In this document: piece by piece, positions 5,691 to 14,426 of the stretch | How the letters are laid out: the number at the start of each line of letters is the position of its first letter | Numbering within the stretch: the stretch's first letter is position 1 | Source: an archaeon | Lineage (GTDB): Archaea > Nanobdellota > Nanobdellia > Woesearchaeales > UBA9642 | Reading direction: 5' to 3' | Length of the DNA stretch: 29,308 bases | Assembly (NCBI GenBank): GCA_043806035.1 | Contig: JAZDHK010000030.1 | Location: 1 to 29,308 of the forward strand | Notes under the pieces: generated by a model | The model's database searches: none | Told to the model about the DNA's origin: nothing | Seen by the model: the letters and a program-made list of their open reading frames with translations, nothing else | Position numbers and translations under genes: made by a program

Positions 5691-8600
5691 TTACTTTTTA
5701 CACACATTGCAGGTCTTGTCTGTAACGAGGACAGGCACGTATTTGGCACGCGTCACCTTACCATTGCTAATGCTGACATGTGCCTCGTATTCTCCAAGAG
5801 GAGCGTCATCCATGAGCACGAGGAGTTCATATGCCTGCCGCTTTCCCTTGCCCAGATCATACGCACCCGTCTTTGCCTTGATCGCCAGTTCTGGAATAAC
5901 TACCGTCATGCGCACATCCTTGATCTTGTCTTCTTCATTCTTGACGAGCGCATACACCATAAGATCCTCTCCTTGCTGGACAACGAATGGCTCTTGTTCC
6001 TGGCTGCCGTACGCGTCTAATTGCAGTATGCTGAGCATTCCTCTTTCATCAACGACTTGTTTTGCTGTACTACGTTCGACTATCCTGTACGTCGCCATTG
6101 CCATGTCTGTTCTACCGTACTGATCTCTGACCAGCAAGGTTACAGGGAACTGGCCAATGGTGCTGAACGTCGTGTCAAGATACGGCACGATTGTCGTTAG
6201 CACGCTGTTCTGCACCTGCCACGTATATGTCAGATTTGTTCCTTGACTCTGCTCGCCGTTGATGCGCACGACTTCATTGATGAATCCTGTGAATGGTGGG
6301 CTGAGAACTGCATCGAGCGGTCCTGGAGCGACAACGTGGATGCGTATGTCTGCGCTTGATTCTTCACCTTGTGCATCAACACACTGCATCCTCACCTGAT
6401 ATGTATTTGGCTCATCTATCGTGGTGTGAACGGTGTACCCTTCTCCAATAACACCTTTGCCTACAATGCTCCACGTGCCAGGGAATTGCCCTTGCTCCGC
6501 ATCGGTGCAGTAGCCTGTAAAGGTTATGGTTTGTCCGGTGATGAATGTAGATTCATCCTCTGGTGAGGTAATGACTGCCTGCGGGGCTTCGTTCAGATGC
6601 TGGACGCAGAGGTTGACATCTTCCGCATCCGTGAACTCACCATCACTAACAGAAAATTGCACAGCATACGTTCCTGCCTGTCCTTGCTGTGTGTTCCAGG
6701 AGAACGTCTGCTGGGTAAACTGTGCGCCTGAAGGCAGATCTGTTGCCGAATACACGAGTACATCACCATCTGGGTCTGAAGCGCTGACGGAGAACGTTAT
6801 CGTTTCCCCTTCTGTGACACAGGCAGGGTCAGCAATGGGATAAAAGACGGGCGGTCTGTTGCCTTGCAGCACGCAGAGCGTTATCGTCTGTTGTGTTTCC
6901 AGTTGGCCATCGCTTGCCGTGAAGACAATGGTGTAATTGCCTGGCTGTGTGGGTGTCCAGTCGAATGTGCCTTGTTGGAAGACTGCTCCTTCAGGCAATG
7001 ACGCTGCAGTGATAGTTACTGCATCGCCGTCAGGATCTGAAGCTGAAACGGTGAAGTGTATTATTGTGCCGACAGGGACGCAGCCGAGTTCAGGCAAAGG
7101 ATCAAATATGGGTGCGTGATTTTCCTGCGCTAGCACGTCGACTCGCGCATCTGTCGTGTCCGCAAGCTGGCCATCGGAGACGAGAAGGAAGACATCATGC
7201 CGTCCTGGCGTCGTGAACGTGTGCTGGACAATACGCCCTTCTGTCTCAAATACGCCGTCGTCGTTAAGATCCCACGCATACTGAACGAGAGGGTCGTTGT
7301 CTCGATCATAGCTTCTCGAGCCGTCGAATGTTATGCGTTCATTAACGCGTGGCAGGATTGGCGTGTAGTTGATGACGGCAGTTGGCTCCCTGTTGAGGTT
7401 GAGCACGCAAAGAACAGTACCTATGCTGACGCGTGCGTGGCCATCACTCACCGTGAACGTGACGGTGTAATTGTCCGCCTGGTCATAATCAGGCGTCCAA
7501 GAGAAAAGCTGGTCGGTAAAAGATGCGCCGCGAGGGAGTGCTGACGTAGTGTACGTGAGCTCATCTCCATCCGCATCGTATGCAGTCACGAGGAACGATA
7601 ACAAACGACCTTCTTGTACGCAGCCGGGGGCAGAGAATGTAAACACGGGAAGGGTATTCTCTGCAGCGATTACCTGAACGAGGAGGGCTTCCTCTGCAGT
7701 GTCTCCATCAAGGTCTTGCACGCTGACCGTGACGGTTGCGTTGCCTTCCTGCAGTGCAGTGATGTGGAGTGTGGTGCCTATAATCCATGCAGTTATGGCA
7801 TCGCTAGTTTCACGTACAGACCACTGTAGGTTGTGTTCGTCTTCAATGTCATGCCCACTGAGATGGATGCTGATACTCTCTCCACTGTGGAGTTGTTGTG
7901 CGGGAAGGGGATCTATTGTCGGGGGATTGTTGAATATGAGTATTGCTGTCTGGGCTTCCCCTCCTACATTGTTGTCAAAGACGAAGCTGAACACGAATCC
8001 TTCTCCGAGGAAGTCGTGCGTTGGAGGGATAGGCAGGGCGGCATATCTATATGCGTGTCCTGCATTGCCTACTGCACGTAATCTTAGGCGTCCTCCTGTT
8101 CTGGGGCTGACCAGGTCAACTTCTGCAGGCAGGTTATCCACGTACTGGCCTTTGCTGTCCCGTACATTGAAAGAGACGTACAATGGCTCGTTCCTGTAAA
8201 AGATCGTGTCCGGATGCATGAATAGGGAGTCGTTGAATGTGCTTAAGCCAGTGATGGTGTACGTTTCCGCAAGAACGGTGAATGTGAACGGTCCTGCTGT
8301 ACCATCAGGATAGTGTTGTTTCGTTGCCGTTGCATAGATGGCATACTCTCCCAGGTCGTGCATGGTGCGTAGTGCGCTGCAGCCTCCGGAAAGGCTGTCT
8401 GTGGTGCACGTGCCAAAGATGGCTCCGTTCGCGAAAGAGAACGTTACGCTTGCTCTCGCGACAGGCATATCGTGGTCATCGATGACACGTGCCTGGCAGC
8501 TTTGGTTGTGATGTTGGATGACCCTGTCGAAGCAGGAGAGCTCGACATGGAGTGTCGCACTGACGGTGAATGTCTTTGTCTCACCATCTGATGCGCTGCC

Positions 8601-11600
8601 GTCAAAGACGAGCAGTCGTGCCGTGTACGTTCCGGGTTCTGTGTAGGTTCGGTGCACGATTCTTCCCGTATCATCCCAATTTCCATCACCGGTGAAATCC
8701 CAGTAGTAGAGCAGCAGGTCATTATCGGGATCTGAACTTGCCGTTGCATCGAACGTTATGCTGCCTGTAGCTGGGTGTTCTGGACTGATGGTGAAGTCAG
8801 CATGAGGTGGTCGGTTCGTGTTCAGCACGTGGATGGTGATTGTCTCGTTGTCCGTGAGTTGCCCATCAGAGACAATGAAGGTAATAGGATAGTCGCCTGC
8901 TTGATCATAGCTTGGTGTCCAGGAGAATGTTCTGTTGTTGAACGTGCTTCCTTGCGGCAGCGTATGTGCGGTGTAGTACAAGGCATCATTGTCAGGGTCT
9001 GTTGCATGTATGGTAAAGGAGAGTGTGTTTTCCTCCTGCACCGTCTTGTCGCCTATGGGCTGCAGGACGGGAGGGTGGTTGCCTCCTTCTACACTGATGG
9101 TGTGCTCGACAACATTCCAGGCACGGCCATCACTGACGTTCAAACGGACAACATGTCCGCCCGGTAGAGGGAAGCTGTGTAAGACGATGCGTCCCGTGCT
9201 CTCATAGTTGCCATCGTTGTTGAAATCCCATGCGTATTGCAAGAGATCACCATCGGGGTCAGTGCTATCGGTAGCGTTAAAGAGTACGGTTTCGCCAACG
9301 AGTGGATGTGCTGGTGTGTACGTGAATTGGGCAATGGGTACATGGTTTTCTCCAGGGATGACATGCACTATCATGACTGCTTCATCCTGGTCGAGATCAA
9401 GATCCTTGAGGGTGAGCGCCAACTGGCCGCTTCCTGTGAATTGCGGTGTGAGGGTGAGTTGCTTCCCCTGCAAATCTGCAAGGAAGGGAACGGGAGGCAG
9501 AGGCTGTACTATGCTCCACGTGAGGTTCGTGCCTCTGTCTTCTAGATCATGCTCGTATTCGCCCAAAAATATGGTTTGCGGATGTCCTGTGGTCAAGGTT
9601 ATGGCTGCTGGCAGGTTCACGATCTGCGGCGGATTGTTGAGGATGGTGATGTTCGTCGATTTTTGGTCTCCTGCCGTGTCTGTGTAATTGATGTAGAACG
9701 CGAAGACTTCTCCTGTGCCGATGAAGTCGTGCGTTATGGGTATTGGCCTGAGGCCGAATCGATAATGCCCGTCGAAAAAGCCTAGGCTGTCAAGGGTGAT
9801 ACGTGCCCCTGTCGCTATGCTAATGAGCGTGACTGATGTGACCACGTCCCTCGTTTCCGGGTCGTCAAGGGAATTTCTGATGCCGAACTGGACGTACAAG
9901 TCCTCTCCTCTAAAGAAGGTGTCGTCGACGTGCATGAATACTGAGTCGTTGTACGTATGCAAGTCGACGATGGTGTACCGTCTCGGGACGACAGCGAAGG
10001 AAATGTTTGGTGTTGCGTCCAGATCAGGCAGATATCCTTGCAGTTCTGCATGAGCGTACGCAGTGTAGACGCCAAGCGTGGACAGGGTGAGTCTGACGAT
10101 GCATCTGCCCTGGTCGTTTGTCATACACGTTTTGCTGATATTTGTCGTGCCTGTGTTTGCAAAGAAGGTGATGGTCGCATCAGACAGTGCCTGTTGCAGG
10201 GCTATCGTGCACACTTGCTCACTGTGTTGGATGACGACGGGGAAGCAGTCGATAGCGGCGACGCTCAACTGCTGTACTGCACTTACCAGGACGTTGTGGA
10301 TGACGGTCGTGTTCGCTTGTCCGTCAGAGACGACGAGCCGCACCGCATACAGGCCCGCTTCGAATGTGTGCGTGCTCGTATTGCCTGTTGCATCGATGCT
10401 GCCGTCGTTTGTGAAATCCCATGCGTACGTGAGCGGATCATGGTCTGGATCGGCGGCAGTCGCGTGGAAGGTGACTGGTTCTCCACTAACCGGATGTTCA
10501 GGAGTGAAGACAAAGTCTGCCACGGGTGGTCTGTTTATGATTGGCAACACGCTCACTTGCCGCATCCTATACGTGTAGTTCGTGCCGTCAAAGACGCGCA
10601 ACAGCACAACATATGCAGGATCAGGTCTCGTGAACACGTGCGTTGCTGTTCTGCCGTGAGCATCCCATGTGCCATCATTATCGAAGTCCCAATCGAATGT
10701 CAGCGGATCATTGTCTGGGTCGTGGCTGAAGGTGACGTTGAAAAGGGTGGTTTCGTTGACGTGCGCTGGCTGAGGCGTGTAGTTCCATTGGGCGTCTGGA
10801 GGTCGATTCGTGTTGAGAACGGTGATGCGAATGGCCTCGTAGTCGTATGCCTGACCATCTGAGACGTTGAACAAGACACCAGCATACACGCCCGCCTGGT
10901 TGTAGTTGGGTGTCCAGCTGAATGTCCTCGTTGTTGGGTTAAACGAGGCGCCTGTAGGCAAATTGCCTGCGTTGAACGACAAAGGATCGTCGTCTTCGTC
11001 AGTAGCGGAAATGACGAAAGACAGCAAGGCACCCTCGGCGATAGTCTTGTCACCTATGGGCTGCAGGACGGGTGGGTGATTGGGAGATGTCTCAACGATG
11101 AGCGTTCTGTTCGTGAACACATACTGTCCTCCTTGGCCGACACGCAAGGTAACCACGTATGTTCCTTGAGCAAATGCGTGTGTCGTGTTCACGCCGTACG
11201 CATCGACGTAGCCGTCGCTCGTGAAATCCCATGCGTAGCTCGTGATGGGTCCATCGACGTCAAAGCTCGATGAGGCATCGAAGAAGACCTCCTGCCCACT
11301 GACGGGATGGACAGGTGAGTATGTGAATTGCGCATATGGTGGTTGCGGTACGTTGGTGACGGTTATAGTTACGTTTTCTCTGTCCTCAAGGAAGCCGTCG
11401 CTGGCGACGAATGTGACAACATATGTTCCTGCTTGATCATATCCTGGCGTCCACGTGAACAGTCCATATCTTCCCATACGTGAGCCTCTTGGTGCATTGG
11501 GTGCAGTGATGTCGACGCAATCCCAATCATCACAATCAGGATCCTCAGCAACAATCTGCAAACTTATCGATTCCCCCTCAGCAACCGTAATAGGAGGGAT

Positions 11601-12761
11601 TGGCTGTATGACGGGTGCGCGGTTGACATCAGTGACCGTTATCGTGAGATTTTCTCTGTCCTCAAGAAGACCATCGCTCGCGACAAACATAATAACGTAC
11701 GTTCCTGCCTGATCATATCCTGGCGTCCACGTGAACAAGCCATATCTACCAATGCGCGAACCAACAGGAGCATTGAGTGCAGTAATGTCAACGCAATCCC
11801 AATCATCACAATCAGGATCCTCAGCAACAATCTGCAAACTTATCGATTCCCCCTCAGCAACCGTAATAGGAGCGAGAGGCTGTATGACTGGCGGTCGGTT
11901 CACATCAAAGACGGTGATGATTATGGTTTCATTATCAGAAAGCAGGCCATCTGATGCTGAAAAGGTAACGGTGTATGTTCCTGCTTGCTCGTACGTTGGC
12001 GTCCAAATAAAGGTATTGCCGTTGAGCTGCGCACCGTACGGGAGTGGATTGGCACTGAATGTGATGTTGTCATCGTTAGGATCGGTAGCATTGAGAATGA
12101 TAGTGAGCGTCTGTCCTTCGTCGACTTGTTTGTTGCCGATAGTATAGAGTGTGGGGGGCGCGGAAGGATAGTGAACGGTGATGAGTGGCGTTTGGACGAG
12201 CATGGCGTCATTGTCGCTGTCTCTCACGAGGCAGGATGCCTGATGAATACCCGGGTCATACGTTGCCGTGACAACCTGTCCCGTCATGTCAATCATATCA
12301 TCTCCGTTCGTGTCCCATCTGAATGAGAGGGGAGGGTTGCCGCCTGTTGCCGAGCAGGACAATGTCACCGTGAGTGGGGCTGTGCCTTCCAAAGGAGTTG
12401 CTGTTGCTATGACATTTGTGAGTGGAATTTCATCATGATTGCACACGCCGTCACCATCAGTATCTGTACATCGTATGGTTACTTGGTCTGTTGCTGCAGG
12501 CACGTAGAATCCTGGATAGTAGACATCACACCGCCACACTTCGTTTTCGATCGTGTTTCCTGAGGGAATGTAGTCTGTGGTGAATCCGCTCTGCCACTGG
12601 TTGTTCCTATACCAGAGATAGATGAAATTTCCCCATTCATCAACTTGGCAGAGAAGGCTGTGCCCCTCATCGGGTTCGTTGGGGAGTATTTCCGCGTGGA
12701 GCGCCGCGACGCTCGTCGTGAGCAAGGTGAGGATGAGAAAAAATGCGAATGCTGATTTCAT
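5691..12761 (-). CDS. Giant secreted surface protein/adhesin (2356 aa) with many PKD and putative-Ig/cadherin-like domains
   Basis: Start reassigned to ATG 12761 (GGAGG upstream, ATGA overlap, signal peptide MKSAFAFFLILTLLTTSVAA); repeated PKD motifs (Y-x-WDF-xx-DG, V-x-L-x-VSDG) and cadherin-like motifs (N-x-PP, A-x-DPD, FSWTP-x-Y-x-QAG); many N-x-S/T sequons; no C-terminal TM. Confidence 0.92.
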   Translation of the reverse strand: MKSAFAFFLILTLLTTSVAALHAEILPNEPDEGHSLLCQVDEWGNFIYLWYRNNQWQSGFTTDYIPSGNTIENEVWRCDVYYPGFYVPAATDQVTIRCTDTDGDGVCNHDEIPLTNVIATATPLEGTAPLTVTLSCSATGGNPPLSFRWDTNGDDMIDMTGQVVTATYDPGIHQASCLVRDSDNDAMLVQTPLITVHYPSAPPTLYTIGNKQVDEGQTLTIILNATDPNDDNITFSANPLPYGAQLNGNTFIWTPTYEQAGTYTVTFSASDGLLSDNETIIITVFDVNRPPVIQPLAPITVAEGESISLQIVAEDPDCDDWDCVDITALNAPVGSRIGRYGLFTWTPGYDQAGTYVIMFVASDGLLEDRENLTITVTDVNRAPVIQPIPPITVAEGESISLQIVAEDPDCDDWDCVDITAPNAPRGSRMGRYGLFTWTPGYDQAGTYVVTFVASDGFLEDRENVTITVTNVPQPPYAQFTYSPVHPVSGQEVFFDASSSFDVDGPITSYAWDFTSDGYVDAYGVNTTHAFAQGTYVVTLRVGQGGQYVFTNRTLIVETSPNHPPVLQPIGDKTIAEGALLSFVISATDEDDDPLSFNAGNLPTGASFNPTTRTFSWTPNYNQAGVYAGVLFNVSDGQAYDYEAIRITVLNTNRPPDAQWNYTPQPAHVNETTLFNVTFSHDPDNDPLTFDWDFDNDGTWDAHGRTATHVFTRPDPAYVVLLRVFDGTNYTYRMRQVSVLPIINRPPVADFVFTPEHPVSGEPVTFHATAADPDHDPLTYAWDFTNDGSIDATGNTSTHTFEAGLYAVRLVVSDGQANTTVIHNVLVSAVQQLSVAAIDCFPVVIQHSEQVCTIALQQALSDATITFFANTGTTNISKTCMTNDQGRCIVRLTLSTLGVYTAYAHAELQGYLPDLDATPNISFAVVPRRYTIVDLHTYNDSVFMHVDDTFFRGEDLYVQFGIRNSLDDPETRDVVTSVTLISIATGARITLDSLGFFDGHYRFGLRPIPITHDFIGTGEVFAFYINYTDTAGDQKSTNITILNNPPQIVNLPAAITLTTGHPQTIFLGEYEHDLEDRGTNLTWSIVQPLPPVPFLADLQGKQLTLTPQFTGSGQLALTLKDLDLDQDEAVMIVHVIPGENHVPIAQFTYTPAHPLVGETVLFNATDSTDPDGDLLQYAWDFNNDGNYESTGRIVLHSFPLPGGHVVRLNVSDGRAWNVVEHTISVEGGNHPPVLQPIGDKTVQEENTLSFTIHATDPDNDALYYTAHTLPQGSTFNNRTFSWTPSYDQAGDYPITFIVSDGQLTDNETITIHVLNTNRPPHADFTISPEHPATGSITFDATASSDPDNDLLLYYWDFTGDGNWDDTGRIVHRTYTEPGTYTARLLVFDGSASDGETKTFTVSATLHVELSCFDRVIQHHNQSCQARVIDDHDMPVARASVTFSFANGAIFGTCTTDSLSGGCSALRTMHDLGEYAIYATATKQHYPDGTAGPFTFTVLAETYTITGLSTFNDSLFMHPDTIFYRNEPLYVSFNVRDSKGQYVDNLPAEVDLVSPRTGGRLRLRAVGNAGHAYRYAALPIPPTHDFLGEGFVFSFVFDNNVGGEAQTAILIFNNPPTIDPLPAQQLHSGESISIHLSGHDIEDEHNLQWSVRETSDAITAWIIGTTLHITALQEGNATVTVSVQDLDGDTAEEALLVQVIAAENTLPVFTFSAPGCVQEGRLLSFLVTAYDADGDELTYTTSALPRGASFTDQLFSWTPDYDQADNYTVTFTVSDGHARVSIGTVLCVLNLNREPTAVINYTPILPRVNERITFDGSRSYDRDNDPLVQYAWDLNDDGVFETEGRIVQHTFTTPGRHDVFLLVSDGQLADTTDARVDVLAQENHAPIFDPLPELGCVPVGTIIHFTVSASDPDGDAVTITAASLPEGAVFQQGTFDWTPTQPGNYTIVFTASDGQLETQQTITLCVLQGNRPPVFYPIADPACVTEGETITFSVSASDPDGDVLVYSATDLPSGAQFTQQTFSWNTQQGQAGTYAVQFSVSDGEFTDAEDVNLCVQHLNEAPQAVITSPEDESTFITGQTITFTGYCTDAEQGQFPGTWSIVGKGVIGEGYTVHTTIDEPNTYQVRMQCVDAQGEESSADIRIHVVAPGPLDAVLSPPFTGFINEVVRINGEQSQGTNLTYTWQVQNSVLTTIVPYLDTTFSTIGQFPVTLLVRDQYGRTDMAMATYRIVERSTAKQVVDERGMLSILQLDAYGSQEQEPFVVQQGEDLMVYALVKNEEDKIKDVRMTVVIPELAIKAKTGAYDLGKGKRQAYELLVLMDDAPLGEYEAHVSISNGKVTRAKYVPVLVTDKTCNVCKK
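11349..11900 (-). repeat. Tandem 276-bp (92-aa) domain duplication inside the giant adhesin
   Basis: Units 11900-11625 and 11624-11349; 82 bp identical at 11515-11596 and 11791-11872. Confidence 0.9.
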
Positions 12762-14272
12762 AGTCTGCCTCCGACCATGCGGTAGAGGTCGATGTCTGTG
12801 CCTATGCTTATGTTGATCTTGCCCCAATAGTTCTTTTCCGCATGTACTGGTCCTGCATCGAAGTTTGTCAATGTGTGTCCGTACGTGCATCCGATAATAA
12901 GTGGCTTGACAGGCATGATGTTGACGCTTCCCACGTATTCATGGACATTGCCTTCCTCAGGGAAGCCTTGCTCGTGTTGCAGACGAGAATATGCTGCAGA
13001 GCCTGCAATGTGCAAGGGAATGCCAAGCGTAAAGCCTATGCCAAGCTGTCCTCTGTACGTGGTGAGTTGTTGCTTTGATGTTGGATCAAACCACGGATTT
13101 GTAGGGTCTGTTGTTATGGGTTGGCCTTCATACGTGTGTTTTCTCTGCGCTCGCATATATTCTGCAGCGGCATCAACGAAGGAAGCATGCTTGATCTGGT
13201 CAAACCATATGCGTTGTCCTACGCCAAGACCTCTGCACGTCGTCGTTACCTTTTCTGTTCTGTGCACGCCGTGCACTCCCAGATAGTCGACAGGTTTTGC
13301 AGATGCGTCTCTGCCAAGGATGCCATATGTCCTGAATCCTTTGAAGCCAATGCCTCCTCGGATTTGTTCGGCATCGTGTCGTGCAGTGTAGCTGCCAAGC
13401 GTGTTGTCCTTGCAGTCCTTGATGATGCCGTTCTTTCCCCAGTCCAGGGCTGCATTGCCGTGCAGGTAGAGTGTCCATGCCCTGTCCTTGAGGGCAAGGA
13501 TGCCTTCCACTGTAGGTCCTGCATTCCAGTCACTGTAGGTTGTTCTCGTGTTGCAGGGGAAGACGGGCAGGGCATAGTCATCCTGGAGCCATTGGCCTGC
13601 CGTGATGCCAATCGTTCCTCCTGCATGAAGAGACGTTGAAGGAGGTTCTGGTGTTTGTTGTTCCAGAGTTGCAAACGCGGTGAGCACATCCAAGTAGACG
13701 ACGTTCAGTTCGAGGGCAAACATTCTATCTTCAAGAGTAGTGATGCGCTGCTCATGATTCTCTGCTATGTCGATGAGCGTGTTGATCCTGCTGATCATTA
13801 TGTTGTAGTTCTCGATGGAGAGTGGAAGCGCGACATCTCTTCCTTTTGCAAAGGAGACGTTTCCTCCAAGCAGTGCTAGTTTTGTACGTAGTGCCTTGTC
13901 AAAGTACAGCGTATCCGGAGGAATGCTGTCGTTGCCTATGTTGAGTATGTCTCCTCTAATGCCGTCCTTTCCTGAGAAGGTGGAATCATTGCGTACGAAG
14001 CGTACGTCCTTGTTGAGCCGCTGCCAGTTCTTGTCAGTCCAATATCTTTTTTGGGCATCGACGATGACGTTGCAGGCTTCGGGGAGATTCTGTTCAGGGA
14101 TGTGGATGAAGTCTTTTGCTATGTTCCAGAGCTTGTTCCCGCTCTGTACGGTGTAGTCCTGCGTTTGTGTAAGGGGTTGCGGTTGCAATTTGTCGGGTAT
14201 GTGTATTGGTTCCTGCGCAAACGTGCATGCTGCTGCACCGAGTACGAATGTAGAAACAAGAGACTTCATCAT
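12758..14272 (-). CDS. Secreted protein: signal peptide, LysM-like segment, coiled coil and C-terminal beta-rich (predicted beta-barrel) domain
   Basis: Start reassigned to ATG 14272 after GAAGGGGGT; YTVQSGNKLWNIAK resembles the LysM start; heptads ...ENHEQRITTLEDRMFALE; alternating Gly/aromatic amphipathic strands over the last ~290 aa. Confidence 0.75.
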   Translation of the reverse strand: MMKSLVSTFVLGAAACTFAQEPIHIPDKLQPQPLTQTQDYTVQSGNKLWNIAKDFIHIPEQNLPEACNVIVDAQKRYWTDKNWQRLNKDVRFVRNDSTFSGKDGIRGDILNIGNDSIPPDTLYFDKALRTKLALLGGNVSFAKGRDVALPLSIENYNIMISRINTLIDIAENHEQRITTLEDRMFALELNVVYLDVLTAFATLEQQTPEPPSTSLHAGGTIGITAGQWLQDDYALPVFPCNTRTTYSDWNAGPTVEGILALKDRAWTLYLHGNAALDWGKNGIIKDCKDNTLGSYTARHDAEQIRGGIGFKGFRTYGILGRDASAKPVDYLGVHGVHRTEKVTTTCRGLGVGQRIWFDQIKHASFVDAAAEYMRAQRKHTYEGQPITTDPTNPWFDPTSKQQLTTYRGQLGIGFTLGIPLHIAGSAAYSRLQHEQGFPEEGNVHEYVGSVNIMPVKPLIIGCTYGHTLTNFDAGPVHAEKNYWGKINISIGTDIDLYRMVGGRL

Positions 14273-14344
14273 GCTATTACCCCCTTCAGTGGAATGAGCA
14301 ACCACCACAATTACAATTACTCACCGAAAAAGAGTAACATTCCA

Positions 14345-14359
14345 TATTTAAAGTTTTCG
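14345..14359 (-). promoter_or_regulatory. BRE + TATA promoter for the barrel/adhesin operon
   Basis: Minus strand CGAAAACTTTAAATA upstream of 14272. Confidence 0.65.
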
Positions 14360-14426
14360 CAGAAAGTCGACGATTATCTGCAAAAAAAAAGAAAACGCTA
14401 AAAAGGGAAGCGCTTTGCAAAAGTGC

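Noticed and set aside
9957-10862. 301-aa plus-strand ORF and the many other antisense ORFs in 2100-19600
   Set aside because: They shadow well-supported minus-strand genes and have no motifs or expression signals
11349-11900. Repeat pair as a DGR template/variable region or CRISPR
   Set aside because: Both copies are in-frame coding domains, differences are not confined to adenines, there is no reverse transcriptase in the window and no repeat-spacer periodicity
12430-12475. DTDGDGVC as a thrombospondin type-3 repeat array
   Set aside because: Only a single copy; probably one Ca-binding linker, not a repeat region
12762-12890. N-terminal 43 aa of the 2399-aa ORF (His/Arg-rich)
   Set aside because: Overlaps the upstream gene; the SD, ATGA coupling and signal peptide point to ATG 12761
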